Positions 36,946-50,375 of a stretch of 64,000 nt of DNA are shown one piece after another; position 1 is the stretch's first letter, and the number at the start of each line of letters is the position of its first letter. The notes under the pieces are model-generated. The model saw only the letters and a list, made by a program, of their open reading frames with translations. It had not been told where the DNA came from and did no database searches. The DNA lies in assembly GCF_030028105.1 (NCBI RefSeq), contig NC_092377.1, forward strand, positions 28,392,782 to 28,456,781, given 5' to 3'. This stretch comes from Mobula birostris (Eukaryota). The position numbers and the translations under genes were made by a program.

Positions 36946-37289
36946 AGTTGATCAGAAAAAAGTCTGAAACTAGAATGAATACAAATTAAATAGAAGTCAA
37001 CATGCTCCACATGGATTCTACCAAACTAGCCTTGTCTACTTTAACAAATTGACATTAACTGTGGATATAAAACTTTTTATAAAATAATGCAATCAATCGA
37101 GCTGCTTCCTCATGAGTCTATTCATGCAAGTTCAGTCGTGCCGTAGAGTCTGAGTGCTGTATTTCCCTGTGACAATATGAATCTATTTTGGGTGCACCCC
37201 AGAGGTGTGTGAACTAGTAAGGTAATAGACCCCTAGTGTGTAGGTGGGAATTGGTGTGTTGATAGGATTGTGAGGAGAATAAAATGGGG

Positions 37290-37841
37290 TTGGAAGAGAC
37301 TGCAGATGCTAGAATCTAGAACTAAAAAGGAATGTTGGAAGAACTCAATGGACGAAGCAGCATCTGTGGAGACAAAATGTGAAGTCAACATTTTGGGTCT
37401 AGACCGTGCATCCAAACTGAGAGGGAAGAGGAAAAGTAGAGTGTGTGTATCAATATGAGGGATTGGAGTTGGTTGATGTAGAGGCTGGTTGGTAATAAGT
37501 GAAACGAGGGGAAGAGGACGATGGGCAGATAGAACCAGGTGATTGAGGAAGAAGAACACATGGATTAGTAAACTGTAAGTGGGAGAAGAACAACATGGAT
37601 GTGGCATTTATAAGATTTAAAATTTCAACATACTGTACATATGATTTGGCTGAATGCTACCCATGTTGTTCTCTCCATAGCAATGGGGAAGGCCAAGGAC
37701 AGGGGTCAGTGTGAGACTGCAAAGCAGAGCTAAAATGACACGCAACCAGAAGCCCAAGATGCCCATTGTGGACAGATTACAGGTTCTCCACACAATGGCC
37801 TGGTCTAGGGTTGGTTTCATCAATGTTTGGGAGAGGTGCAG
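37290..37841 (-). mobile_element. Old PLE 3' remnant (continues weakly after 38679)
   Basis: pLTR-like ctgcagatgctagaatct..tgttggaagaactcaa..gcagcatctgtggag..gtcaacattttgggtctagacc, followed by a purine-rich region. Confidence 0.55.
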
Positions 37842-38678
37842 TGTTACGTACCCCGTGACTGGGTTGCCAATCCAGCAGAAATGGAATGCTCGTTGGAGTC
37901 TGGAATACTAGTAACTAATAAAGTTTTATTAAAGACATAAGTAATACAGTACTCTAATCATAAGGATATCAATGTAACAGGTTAGCAATGATAATACACA
38001 CATATACACAGAAATAGGTTAATAGGAATCAACCAAGCTCTATCGCAGTCTAGGGGTAAAATGATCAGGTAAATGAAGCAGAGTTCAGTTCAGTTTAGTG
38101 CAGTTCGCAGTAATCGTTGTTGTTGTACCGTTGGAGAGAGAGAGAGAGAGAGAGATGCAATTTGGTTCAGGCAGACCTTTGATGTCTTCGCAGTTGGTTT
38201 CGGGCAGACCCTTTTATGTCTTCTAATCCCCGCTGTGGTTACCAACTGAGACCCCTCTGTTCTGGATATGATCACTCTTCCACGGTGAACCCGGCACCCA
38301 GGCAAGGGCAGACACACACCCTAGGTTCCCACCAATCATACCTTTACACCCTGTGAACCTCTGGTCGGTTCCCGCCAACCGGACCTCCAAACTCCCACCA
38401 CTTGTGGGGGTACACTGCTCTTTCCAAGGTCTCGTGGTCTCGTGGTGTGTAGCGTGCCTTAGCAAACCTGCTCTTTTTATCCCCCTGCTGGGGTATCACC
38501 TGTCCATCAAACTTCAAACAGTTCAGGTTCAAAGCAACCAGTCTGTCAATATTCTGAATTGTGTTTCTTTTCCATTAATCCCTCTCTTCTCTCTTATTAG
38601 CATTTTGAATGTTTCTCCATTGTCTTCCTTATCTCTCTCATTAGCATCAATCGTCCAATAGCTTTGCTTGGCGTCACA
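37842..38678 (-). mobile_element. Solo LTR (837 bp), probably Gypsy
   Basis: Termini TGTTACG...CGTCACA, 4-bp TSD GCAG (37838-37841 / 38679-38682), minus-strand TATA-like GATAAAAAG (~38473-38481) and AATAAA (~37925-37930), internal (GA)n. Confidence 0.85.
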
Positions 38679-38849
38679 GCAGAAAAACACTACCTCAGTT
38701 GGCAGAGAGAAAACCATGTTTCCAGAAGGAGGGGACATTTCAAAAGCCCTAGATCAGAACGTCTTGAAATGAGATAATTGAGTGAAAGAGGAGCATGATA
38801 TGAAAGGAGTTAAAAAAATGCCCTCCCAAAAGATATGCTTGCGATCTCA

Positions 38850-39925
38850 ACTCTCTCAACCCCACTTTTCTGCCTTCTCCCCATATGCTATGACACCCTG
38901 ACTAATCAAAAACCTATCAACCTTCATTTTATATATACACAGTGAATTCCACAGATTCACAACCCTCTGGCTAAAGAAATTCCTCCTCATCTTTGTTCTA
39001 AATGGACGTCCCTCTATTCTGGTCCTAGATATACCCACTACCTGAAGCATCCTCCCCACATCAGCTCTATCCTGACCTTTCAATATTCAATAGGTTTCAA
39101 TGAGATCCCCCTTCATTCTATTAAATTCCAGCCAGAACAGGCCCAGAGCCACCAAATGCTCTCCATTTGTTCAACCTTTCATTTCTCAGATCATTCTTGT
39201 GAATTTCCTCTGGACTCTCTGCAATGCCAGTACACCTCTTCCTAAACAAGGAACCCAAAACTTCTCACAATGCTCCAAGTGCTGTCTGGCCAATGCCTTA
39301 TAAAGCCTTAGCACTAAATCCTTGCGCCTATATTCTAGTCCTCTTGAAATGAATGCTAATATTACATTTGCCTTCCTTACCATCAACTCAACCTGCAAGT
39401 TAACCTGTAGTGACTCCTGCACAGACTCCCGTCCCTCTGCACATCTGCTTTTTGAATTTTCTGCCCATTTAGAAAATAGTCTACGCTTTTGTTCCTTCTA
39501 CCAAAGTGTATGACCATATGCACTTCTCTACACTATATTCTATCTGCCACTTCTTTGCCTATTCTCCCAATCTGTCTATGCCCTTCTGCAGATTCCCTAC
39601 TTCCACAACATGACCTGCCTCTCCAGCTATTTTCATATTATTTGCAATCCTGGCCAGAGAGCCATCAATTCTATCATCCAAATCATTGACATATAATGTG
39701 AAAAGAAGCAGTCCCAACACTGACCACTAGTCGCAGGTAGCCAACTAGAAAAAGCCCCCTTTATTCCCACTCTTTGCCTCCCTCCATTCAGCTAGTCTTC
39801 TATCAATAGTAGCCTCATGTTACACTCGTAGACAAAGGCCTTCTGAAAATCCAAGTAAACAACATCCACTGACTCTCCTTTGTCTACCTTGTCTGTTATT
39901 TACTCAAAGAAATCCAACTGATTTC
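38850..39925 (-). mobile_element. Degenerate CR1 ORF2 3' half
   Basis: RKANVILAFISRGLEY, ALQRVQRKFTRMI, and NFFSQRVVNLWNSL. Confidence 0.85.
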
Positions 39926-40005
39926 ACAAGATCACAAGACAAAGGAGCAGAAGTAGGCCATTTGGCCCATCGAGTCTGCTCCGCCACTCCACTTTGAGCT
40001 AAACT
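39926..40005 (-). mobile_element. 80-bp 3' tail of the same young CR1 family as 2663-6895
   Basis: cacaagatcacaagacaaaggagcagaagtaggccat..gagctaaact is nearly identical to 2670-2750. Confidence 0.88.
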
Positions 40006-40512
40006 TGCTACTGAGGGAGTGCAGCATAGGTTCACAAGGTTAATCCGCGGGATGGAGGGACTGTCATATGTTGAAAGATTAGAGCGACTGGGCTTGTATA
40101 CACTGGAATTTAGAAGGATGAGAGGGGATCTGATTGAAACATATAAGATTATTAAGGGATTGGACATGCTGGAGGCAGGAAGCATGTTCCCACTGATAGG
40201 GTGAGTCCAGAACCAGAGGCCACAGTTTAAGAATAAGGGGTAGGCCATTTAGAACGGAGTTGAGGAAAAACTTTTTCACCCAGAGAGTAGTGGATATATG
40301 GAATGCTCTGCCCCAGAAGGCAGTGGAGGCCAAGTCTCTGGATGCTTTCAAGAAAGAGGTGGATAGAGCTCTTAAAGATAGCGGAATCAAAGGTTATGGG
40401 GATAAGGCAGGAACTGAATACTGATAGTGGATGATCAGCCATGATCACAGTGAATGGCGGTGCTGACTCGAAGGGTGGAATGGCCTGCTCCTGCACCTAT
40501 TGTCTATTGTCT
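40003..40512 (+). mobile_element. Young CR1 3' fragment (different subfamily)
   Basis: RFTRLIRGMEGLSYVERLERLGLYTLEFRRMRGDLIETYKII, and tail (ctattgt)n. Confidence 0.88.
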
Positions 40513-41662
40513 TTTGTCATCCCACCAACTGCAAATTTACCTAATCATCTTCCTCACAGTCTCACAACACAGTGCATCTACTTGTATATCATCTACCCCA
40601 TCCTCAGCCCTATCATACTGGTTCCCATCCCCTTGCCAAATTAAGTTAAGCTCTCCCAAACAGCCTAGGCAAACTTGCCCACAGGAGGTGTATGTCAGAT
40701 AATACCTCTTAACATTTGGCATGCCACTATTTTTAAGAATATAAAATTTTATTTTACATATTTTCGCTTCAGGGATTCAGACAGATAAAAAGAAGCAGGG
40801 AGCTACGGATCCATTTGTAAATGATTTGCATGCATGTCTATGGCCAGGAGGGACTTGCTATTTCATGACTGGCCATGCATCTTCTACATTTATGAGCCTG
40901 GAATCTTCGATCCTGCTTGTTAAAGACTATGGCCCCTCTGACCGTGGGGCTACTCTCTTAGTGATCTCTTGCTCCCAACTCTCCGATGTAGTGACATGCC
41001 CATTCCAACTGACAGGCAGTTAGGTTGAACACAGGGAAGGAAATCTGATGAAAAATATTTCAACAGGATGTCGAATTGACTCATATTTTTAGGTTTCCCC
41101 TGCACATGCTCCCTATGAGAATGTGTTCGGGCTGATGTCCCTGTCCAGTGTTACAAACCTGAATGTAGAGATTCAGAGACAATATAAATCCTCATGACTG
41201 GTCAAACTGGAAATTTATGGACACTTTCTCTTCCCAGCCTTTTCTTTATGGATGGAAGAAACCTGTCAGAAACCAGAAAAGCCCTTTTTGCAAATATCAG
41301 TTGGATTCTGTTGACCAACCTGAGCTCCCTCTAATGGTTAATTTAACTCCACTGTCTTTTCATCTTTCTATATGCAATTGTACTCTCATTTTTAATGCAA
41401 GAGCAAAGTGAGAATATCCTCTGAGGAAATATAGGAAACAAAATTCATAGACTATTTCATAACTTGGGCTTATGTGAATAGCTTGGAAAAATACATTGAG
41501 AAAAAAGAGATGATGCAGTTGCTGCCAGGGATCACGCTGTGAATTTTCTGATTTTGAGAAGGTTGGCAGTTTGTATAAATTGTGAACTGTAAGCATTCCC
41601 TGCCATTCACTCCCTGATTCTTATAAGCATTTACACAAGCCTTAATGACACTCCAGTCTGAC

Positions 41663-41726
41663 CTGTACTGAGTCACTTATCTCATGTGAAGATGAACGGT
41701 CGTTGTCACAGTCAGCCGGGAGGAAC
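41663..41726 (-). other. Weak candidate exon (64 nt)
   Basis: Acceptor cttctctttgcag, weak donor CAG|GTCAGA, one open frame FLPADCDNDRSSSHEISDSVQ, locally CpG-rich. Confidence 0.2.
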
Positions 41727-42399
41727 CTGCAAAGAGAAGTGGCTTCATGTAGCTGTGTTTTTATGCAGGCTGACTGTTTGATTGATGCACACTTGAGAAT
41801 TGGTGATGAAGCATAAACTGGAGTTCACCAAGCTTTCTCAGAAAATGTCACCGAAGGGATAATTATTCCCTTTAAAAATATATTGAAATATGTGAATATC
41901 AGTTTTAGGGCTTATGATGATAACCATATTTTTATGGCCATTTATAAGATAACATGGAGATTCTTTTTGAATTTCTGAACCTTTTTTATTGTTCACAATA
42001 TCATTTACAGTTAAGAGAATATGAGCAATGTATTTGGGCTATATTTCTTCCCAAAGCAGCATTCATTTTGGAAATAAAACTTTTTATACTGTAAGTTAAT
42101 TGTGATTCCTAAATGTATCAAAAGTACATAGCAAAAGTAGCAAAAATTCACTTTATTCAGTATTTATTCAAAGAAGCTATGGCCAGAATTCATTGTCCAT
42201 CCTATTCGGTCACTGAAATGGTAGCTGAGCACAACCACTTTGGGGTATCTGGAATCCCACTTGAGTCAGCATAGGCAAGCATGGCAGGTTCTCATCCTTG
42301 AGGAAATAAATGAATCAAAATGAATTTTAAGACCGTGTGGACAGGTTCATTGCCCCCTCCACTCGTTAATGAAATAGTCATAGCTTTTATTTAATCTGG

Positions 42400-45300
42400 G
42401 GCTGGAGTTGGATGCAGTCAGGACCATCTGGGAGGCTGAACATTTCATAGATGTGTCTCATACTGAGGTGGTCACATCCAGAGTGCAGACTTCTGATAGT
42501 GAAGGAGTGATCACCAGGAGCAAAGCAGTTAATACAGGGTTCCCTTGTGGCCATTTCCCTCAGCAATAAGTATACACCTTTGGACACTCTGGTGAGGATG
42601 ACCAAACAGGGAACAGCTGTAGCCGCGTGGCCAGTGGCAATGTGGCGAGCTCTGAGGCTCAGGGTAAAGCCAGGCAAAGTGGTAATGATAGGAGACTGGA
42701 CAATCGGGGGACAGACAGCAGGTTCTGGTGCGCTGAAAGAGAAGCCAGGATAGTGTGTGGCCTCCCAGGTGCTAGGATCCAGGATGTCTCAGAGCTGCTG
42801 CAACAGTTTCTCAAGAGGGGGGATAGGCAGTCAAAGGATGTGGTGCGTATTGGCACCAATAACATAGGTAGAAAGGGGGAAGGGGTCCTGCACAGGTGTA
42901 AAGGAAGCTAGGGATGTGGCTGATGAGCAGGATCTGACTTCTGAGGTAGTAATCTCTCAAATACTTCCACTGCCGTGTGCTTGTCAGGGCTGGACTAAGA
43001 TGACAGTATAGATGAGTGAGTGGCTGAGGGAGTGGTGCAGGAGAACGTCTCAGATTTCTACATCATTGGGATCTCTTCTGGGGAAGGTATGACCTGTACA
43101 AAAAGGACGGTTTACACCTGAACCCTTGTGGACAGGTTTACTAGAGCTGTTAGGGAGAGTTTAAACTAATTTGGCAGGGTGATAGTAACTGGAGTGCTGG
43201 GGCTGAGGATGCGATAGCTGGTATGCAAGTTGATGCAGTATGTAGTGAGACTGTGAGTGAGGATATGCAGATGACAGGGGAAAATTGAAGTCAGTGGGAT
43301 AACTTGAAGTGTAACATGGGGAGGGGGCAAAATTGAAAAGGGTGATGAATTCAGGACTGAAAGTATTATACTGAATGCACATAGTATATGGAGTAAGGTA
43401 GATTACCTTGTAGCACAGTAAAGTTTGGCAAATTTGACATTGTGGGCATCACTGGGGTGTGGCTGAAAGAAGGTCATATTTGGAAGCTTAACATCCAAGG
43501 ATAGTCCTTGTATTGAAAGAACAAGCAGGTAGGGAGATGGGAATGGGTGGTTCTATTGGTAAAAAATTAAATAAAATCCTTAGAAACTGGTGACATAGGA
43601 TCGGAAGATGTAAAATCCTTGTGGGTATAGATAAGAAACTGCAAGGGTGAAAAGACCCTGATGGGAATTACATACAGGCCCCTGAACAGTAGCCACGATG
43701 TAGGATATATATTTCAACCGGAAATAGAAAAGGCATGTAATAAGGGCAATGTTGCAATAGTTTTGGGGGATTTCAATGTGCAGGTAGAGTTGGAAAAATT
43801 ATGTTGGTGCTGGATCCCAAGGGGCGAGCTTGTAGACTGCATATGAGACGGCTTTTCAGAGCTGCTTCTGGTTGAGCCCCACAGGAGAAAGGCAATTCTG
43901 GTTTGCATATTGTGTAATAGAACCAGATTTGATTAGGGAACTTAAGATAAAGGGACCCTTGGGAGGCAGTGATCATAATATGATAAAAAAAAAACACCCT
44001 GCATTTTGAGAGGGAGAAGATAAAGTCAGATGTATCAGTATTACAGAGGAATAAGAGAGGAGCTGGCCAAAGTTGATTGGAAGATGACAGTATCAGGGAG
44101 GAGGGCAGAACAGCGATGGCTGGATTTTCGAGGGGCAACTTGGAAGGTGCAGAATAGAATCTTCCCAAAAAATGAAGAACTATTCTAAAGGGAGGATGAA
44201 GAAACTGTGGGTGGCAAAGAAAATCAAAGACAGCATAAAGCAAAAGAGAGGGCATGAAATATAGCAAAATGTAGTGTCAGTTTAGAGGATTGGGAAACAA
44301 CACAAGGCAACTAAAACACTATAAGGAGAGAAAAGATGAAATTGAAGGCAAGCTAGCCAATAATATCAAAGGGGATACCAAAGGTTTTCTCAAATATATA
44401 AAAGTAAAGAGAGTTGAGTATGGAAATTGGACTGCTGGAAAATTACACTGGAGAGGTAGAAATGGTGGACAAACTTAATAAGTATTTTCTATCAGTCCTC
44501 ACTGTGGAAGATGGTAGCAGTATGCCAGAAATTCAAAAGTGTCGGGGCAGATGTGACTGTAATTGCTATTACTATGGGGAAGGTGCTTGGGAAGCTGAAA
44601 GATCTGAGGGTAGGTAAGTCACCTGGACCAGATGGACTACCTCCAGGGTTCTGAAAGAGGTAGCTGTAGAGATTGTGGAGTCACTAGATTCTGGAATGGT
44701 TCTGGAAGACTTCAAGATTGCACCTATCACTCCACTCTTTCAGCAGGGAGGGAGGCAGAAAAAAAGAAATTACTGGCTAATTAGCCTGACCTCAGTGGTT
44801 GGAAAGATGCTGGATTCCATTATTAAACATGAGGTTTCAAGGCACTTGGATGCACATGATAAAATAGACTGAAGTCAGAATAGTTTCATTAAGGAGAAAG
44901 CTTGCCTGACAAATCTGTGGGAATTTTTTAAGGAAATAACAGCCAGGACAGATGAAGAAGATCAGTGGGAGTTGTGTACTTGGATTTTCAGAAGGCCTTT
45001 GACAAAGTGCCGCACATGAGACTGCTCAACAAGATAAGGGTCCGTTTTATTACAGGAAATATACTAACATGGTTAGACAGTTAGCTAACTGGTAGAAGGT
45101 AAAGAGTTGAATAAAGCTGACCTATTCTGGTTGGCTTCCAGTGACAAGTGGTTTTCCACTGGGGTCAGTGTTGGGACCACTTCTTTTCACATTATATGTC
45201 GATGATTTGGATGATGGGTTGATCGCTTTGTGGCCAAGTTTGAAGATGATACAAAGATAGTGGAGGGGTGGGTAGTGTTGAGAATGCAAGGAGTCTGCAG

Positions 45301-46140
45301 AAGGACTGAGGTAGATCGAGAGAATGGCCAAAGAAGTGGCAGATAGAATATAGTGTAGTAAAGTGTAACTTCATGCACTTTGGCAGAAGGAATGAAGATG
45401 TAGACTATTTCATAAATGGGGAGAACATTAAAAAATCAGATGTGCGAAGGGTGACTTGGGAGTCTTTGTGTAGGATTTCGTAAAGGTTAACTTTCAGATT
45501 GATCTGGTGATACAGAAGGCAAATGCAATGTTAGCATTAATTTCAAGAGGGCTAGAACATAAGGACAATGATGTGATGCTGAGGCATAACAAAGCACTAG
45601 TCAGACTGCTTTTGGAGTATTGTGAGAAGTTTTGGGCCCCTTATCTGCAAAAAGATGTGCTGGCATTGGTGAAGGTCCAGAGGAGGTTCACAAGAATGAT
45701 TCTGGGAATGAAAGGGTTAATGTATTAGGAACGTTTGATGGTTCTGGGCCTATACTTGCTGGAGCTTAGAAGAACGAGGGGGGATCTCTTTGAAACCTAT
45801 TGAATATTGAAAGGCTAGACAGAATGGATGTGGAAATGATGTTCCCTATAGTCTAGGATTAGAAGACACAGCCTCAGAACAGAGAGAAGTCCATTTATAA
45901 CAGAGATGAGAAGGAATTTCTTTAGCCAGGGGGTGGTGAATCTGTGGAATTCAATGCCATAGATGGCTATAGAGGACAAGTCATTGAGTGTAGTAGAGAT
46001 TGGTGGCTCCTTGTTTAGTCAGGGCATCGAAGGTTACAAGATCAAGGCAGGAGAATAGGGTTAAGACAGTTACTAAATCAGTCATGATGGAATAGCTGTG
46101 CAGATTCGATGGGCTGAGTGGCCTAATTCTCCTATTTGTA
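42400..46140 (+). mobile_element. Near full-length but heavily degenerate CR1 (ORF1 esterase + ORF2)
   Basis: VAISLSNKYTPLDT, VMIGDW, CGLPGARIQDVS, IGTNNIG, DGLHLN, YRPLNS, LGDFN, DFQKAFDKVPH, GSVLGP, LEYCEKFWAP. Many stops. Confidence 0.88.
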
Positions 46141-46224
46141 TGTAATATGATTTTTTTATTCAATGCCTTGAATTTATTTTGCTCCATTACCATGGTAGAG
46201 TTCATTGTATGTTCCTCAAGGTTA

Positions 46225-46540
46225 AAGAACGATAAAGGCATAGCATTATTTGTCATGTGTACATCAAAACATGCAGTGGAATGCGCCATTTATGTCAAAT
46301 TAAATCAGTAAAGGTTGTGCTGAACAGCTTGTGACTGTTGCTATGCTTCCAGCACCAACATAGCATGACCATAACTCACTAATCCTAACCATGTGAGAAA
46401 ATAGAGCACCCAGAGGAAACTCATACGCTCAAGGGGAGAACATAAAAACTCCTACAGACAGTGCAGGAATTGAACCCTTGATCTTACAGATGGTGTCATA
46501 GTAGTGTTAAATTAACCGCTATGCTACTGTGCTGCCCAAG
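46225..46540 (-). mobile_element. Degenerate V-SINE with LINE-derived tail
   Basis: gagcacccagaggaaactca..aactcctacagacag..ggaattgaaccc (B box, minus strand)..aaccgctatgctactgtgctgccc. Confidence 0.65.
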
Positions 46541-46619
46541 GCTTCAATGTTCTTCGACCTGGCTTCATGGAGTGTCCTCTAGTGGGTCTCTCATTTGTTC
46601 ACTAAGATTCAATGCAAGC

Positions 46620-48250
46620 AACATTGCTGGAAGCACTGAAGTGACATTAAGTGAAGTTGGCTTATGACCCATGATTTATTGCATTAGAAAGGGGCTAGTC
46701 AGCAGTAACAGCTCATTATACCAGAACCTGCAGCAACTCCTGAATGTCTCTGTTTCTAAAGCCCATGATCACACCTCACACAAAGCAACACTGGATGCAT
46801 CTGAATCAGTGATGGTCTTCCTCATCAATATCAGACCATTGGGAGAGCCAACTGCTGAGGTACAGAGAACACTCCATACATATCAGAGATTTCCTGTCTA
46901 TATGGAATATGCAAGGAATACACAATTAGCATATAGGAGTTTGGTGGAGGACTTCTGTCATGTCAATGTTCTAGGAGAGGCAAGAGTGCCACTGAAGAGT
47001 TCCATTGTCACCAGCAGAGAGAGTCATCATCCACAAACTGAAGATCTTTGTGAGGAGTTTTATGAAAGCCTGAAAGCTTAGATTATAGTGGGAGAATCTA
47101 GGACAAGAGGGCACAGCCTTAGAATAGAGGGATAGCCCTTTGAATGGAGATGAGGATGAATTTCACCAAGGTGCTCTGTTAAAATCAGACCCAATGCAAG
47201 CAGGAGGAGAAACATTTTACTTTCTACTTTGACACAATTCACCCTTCTGGACTCAGTAGCGAATTCTCTAAATTTAGTTATCTCCCTTTGTCTGTACCAG
47301 AACCTGCTGTAAGTCATTCATCTGTGGATTCCCAGATCTGACCTGAAGCACTAGCTCTGTCTCTCTTTCCACAGATGCTGCCTGTCTTGCTGAGTGTTTA
47401 CAGCATTTTTTACTTCTTATTTCAGATATCCTCACATGGTCTATAGTCAGAAGGCTGTGGTCTTCATGATGAAACCATTTTGACCGACGTGGTCAAGAGC
47501 AGATGTTGTTGGTGTTGGCCTTCCACACATTATTCTTTCAATTCTAACTCCAGTTCCAAATTCTGAAGATATGTCCAACTAAAATATTTAAGTTCCACGG
47601 ATGGTTGATCTTGTCATCCCTGAGGATGAAGCAAGGATATTGTTCTGGAGTAGAACCTTTTTCTGACCTCATTGTTGGAATTTGGAGTTCAGGATTATGC
47701 ATTGATGATACAGTATTGACACTGGAACATAGATAGGGGACATCAGCCTTTTGGCAGCAATCTTATTCTTGAAGGTAAAGCCAACCATGCATTTGAGGTC
47801 ATGATCAGATTTCTCTTTTCAGATCTCTGCTGTTCCTCACAGTAGGCTGTGTTTCATGAAGAGCAGCAGGTCTATGTTGTGCTGCACCAGCTTAGATTCT
47901 TTCACGAAATCTGAGCATTTTCACAATACAGTACTTGAAGTTCAGAAAATTTCATCCTCAGTAATGCTGATTCTAGATGTGATCTCCCAAACAGGACAGT
48001 GGGGCAGACTACTGTATGTTTCAGGTACCTTATCTAAACTCTGCCCATTATTGTGAGCAGAGGGCAGCCTGTAGAACTGCTCAGTAAAGGGCACAGTTGC
48101 AAAAGAATACCCTTGTCCCAACCTAGGGACCTTACCATGCACGCGTTACATCGATAACAGCTCCAACCTGTCACCAATCGTCCACTGACTCAGGGCTTTT
48201 GGATTTCATGGAAGTTTATATATATTATGTTCAGCAAAAGGCATCCTGTG
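46620..48250 (-). mobile_element. Possible very old L1/Tx1-like ORF2 remnant, with small CR1 (47080-47165) and pLTR (47330-47430) fragments
   Basis: Only loose motif resemblance on the minus strand (RKTI..; GFRNRDI..CCRFW; LRDDKI). Confidence 0.3.
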
Positions 48251-48427
48251 TGCATTCAGGTCTATGTGATCTTGGTGTTTGGTAGTTGGATGAAATGACG
48301 CAGTGGAGCATAATGACCTGGATTATTTGCATTTCTTTGTCCCCCATTAATACCTCACCAGCGCTATTTTCCAGTGGTCCAATAACAACTCTCACCTCCC
48401 TCCCTTTTACTCTTTAGATAATTAATA

Positions 48428-48957
48428 AAACATCTGTTGGATGATGCTGAGGATGTTCTACGAGTCTGTGGTGGCCAGTGCGATCATGTTTGCTGTTGTG
48501 CTGGGGCAGCAGGCTGAGGGTAGCAGACACCAATAGAATCAACAAACTCATTTGTAAGGCCAGTGATGTTGTGGGGATGGAACTGGACTCTCTGACAGTG
48601 GTGTCTGAAAAGAGGATGCTGTCCAAGTTGCATGCCATCTTGGACAATGTCTCCCATCCACTACATAATGTACTGGTTGGGCACAGGAGTACATTCAGCC
48701 AGAGACTCATTCCACCGAGATGCAACACAGAGCATCATAGGAAGTCATTCCTGCCTGTGGCCATCAAACTTTACAACTCCTCCCTTGGAGGGTCAGTCAC
48801 CCTGAGCCAATAGGCTGGTCCTGGACTTATTTCCTGGCATAATTTACATATTACTATTTCATTATTTATGGTTTTATTACTATTTAATTATTTGTGGTGC
48901 AACTGTAACGAAAACCAATTTCCCCTGGGATCAATAAAGTATGACTATGACTATGAT
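48428..48957 (+). mobile_element. Young Rex1/Babar LINE 3' fragment
   Basis: MLRMFYESVVASAIMFAV/CWGSRLRVADTNRINKLICKASDVVG..HPLH..RCNTEHHRKSFLPVAIKLYNSS, then AATAAA and tail (tatgac)n. Confidence 0.85.
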
Positions 48958-49539
48958 TTAGTACCCTACTTTATATTATTGGCTAGTTTGCCCTCATATT
49001 TCATCTTTTCTCTTCCTATAGCATTTTTAGTAGCCTTTTTTTGGATTTTAAAAGCTTCCTGATCATACAACTTCCCATTCACTTTTGCCACCTTATATGC
49101 CCTTTCCTTGGCTTTTATGTAGTACTTAACTTCCCTTGTCAGCTACAGTTGCCTACCCCTGCTATCTGAGAACTTATTTTTCTGTGGGACCTATCTGTCC
49201 TGTGCCTTGTGAACTATTCCCAGAAACTTCAGCCATCTCTGCTCTGCCGTCATTCTGCCAGTATCCTCCTCCAGTCTAACTGGGCAAGCTGCTCTCTCAT
49301 GCCTCTGAAATTCCCTTTATTCCATTGTGATACTGATACATGTGACTTATGCTTCTCCCACTCAAACTGCAGTACAAATTCAATCATATTATGATCACTG
49401 CCTCCTAAGGGTTCTTTTACATTCAGCTCCCTAATAAGATCTGGGTTATTACACAACACCCAATCTAAAATAACCTCTCCTCAAATAAGCTCAAGCGCAA
49501 GATCCCCCATTACAGTTATGTCATTACCCTCATTACATG

Positions 49540-50066
49540 TGTAACCCTCAGGTTCGGCCGGCAGCATTAGTCTCGGGGAAGACAGTCTCCGGCCCCGGCA
49601 AACTTGTGAAATCTCGTTTGTGTGGATGCTGCGAGATGTATTCCCCTGTTACAAATCAGTACCACGAAATAACAAACAGTACACCATATGCAATTAAATG
49701 ATTGAGCTTTATAATTCTTAATTTGACTATAGTGTTAGTAAAGAAACAAAATAGGGCCCACTTTAATGAAACAGTCTCGCGTGCACGTTGGAGCTCACGG
49801 TTTTCCGTCCATTAGTTCCCCATCGGTTTCCTCCGAGTGTCGTCGACTCCCGGACCCTCACTCCAAGTCCACTCCGTCCTGCGGTCTACCAGCTCGCTCC
49901 TCTCGTGTCTTCTCTCTTCATCCCTCGCCGACAAAAGACTGCGAATACGCTCCCCCCATTGGATGGCACACATTCCAAAGCCCCCATTATCTCTAGTCGT
50001 AACCCAAACACTGCTACTACGGAGAAACCAATACAATAGCACTGAAATCTTTCCCAGGGCGTTACA
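49540..50066. mobile_element. Solo LTR (527 bp), CpG-rich, probably Gypsy
   Basis: Perfect TGTAAC...GTTACA termini and 4-bp TSD CATG (49536-49539 / 50067-50070). The host CR1 is contiguous across it. Confidence 0.88.
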
Positions 50067-50375
50067 CATGCCTTTTCCAGCTCCCTTTGCAATCTTGGCC
50101 CCACATCATGGCTACTGTTTGGAGGCCAATGTATGATTCCCATACTAGTTTTTTTTTGCTCTTTCGGTTTCTTAACTCCGCCCACAAGGATTCAACACTC
50201 TTTGACCCTATGTCACCTCTTTCTAAAGATATAATTCCATCTCTTAGCCACATCGCCACCTATGCCTCCCTGCCTGTCCTTTCAATACAAAGTATATCCT
50301 TTAATGTTAAGCTCCCAACTATGGCCTTCTTTCAGCTATGACTCAGCGATGCCTACGTCATACCGACTAATCTCG

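Larger units (their letters stand above)
48320..50375 (-). mobile_element. CR1 ORF2 N-terminal (APE) region with nested Rex1 and solo LTR
   Basis: VESLWAELRNRK, HWPPNSSHDVG..LQRELEKAC, LCNNPDLIRELNVKEPLGGSDHNMIEF. Confidence 0.85.

Noticed and set aside
46671-47081. 136-aa plus-strand ORF as a real gene
   Set aside because: It has no recognisable domain or splice context and is more likely antisense to an old LINE remnant.
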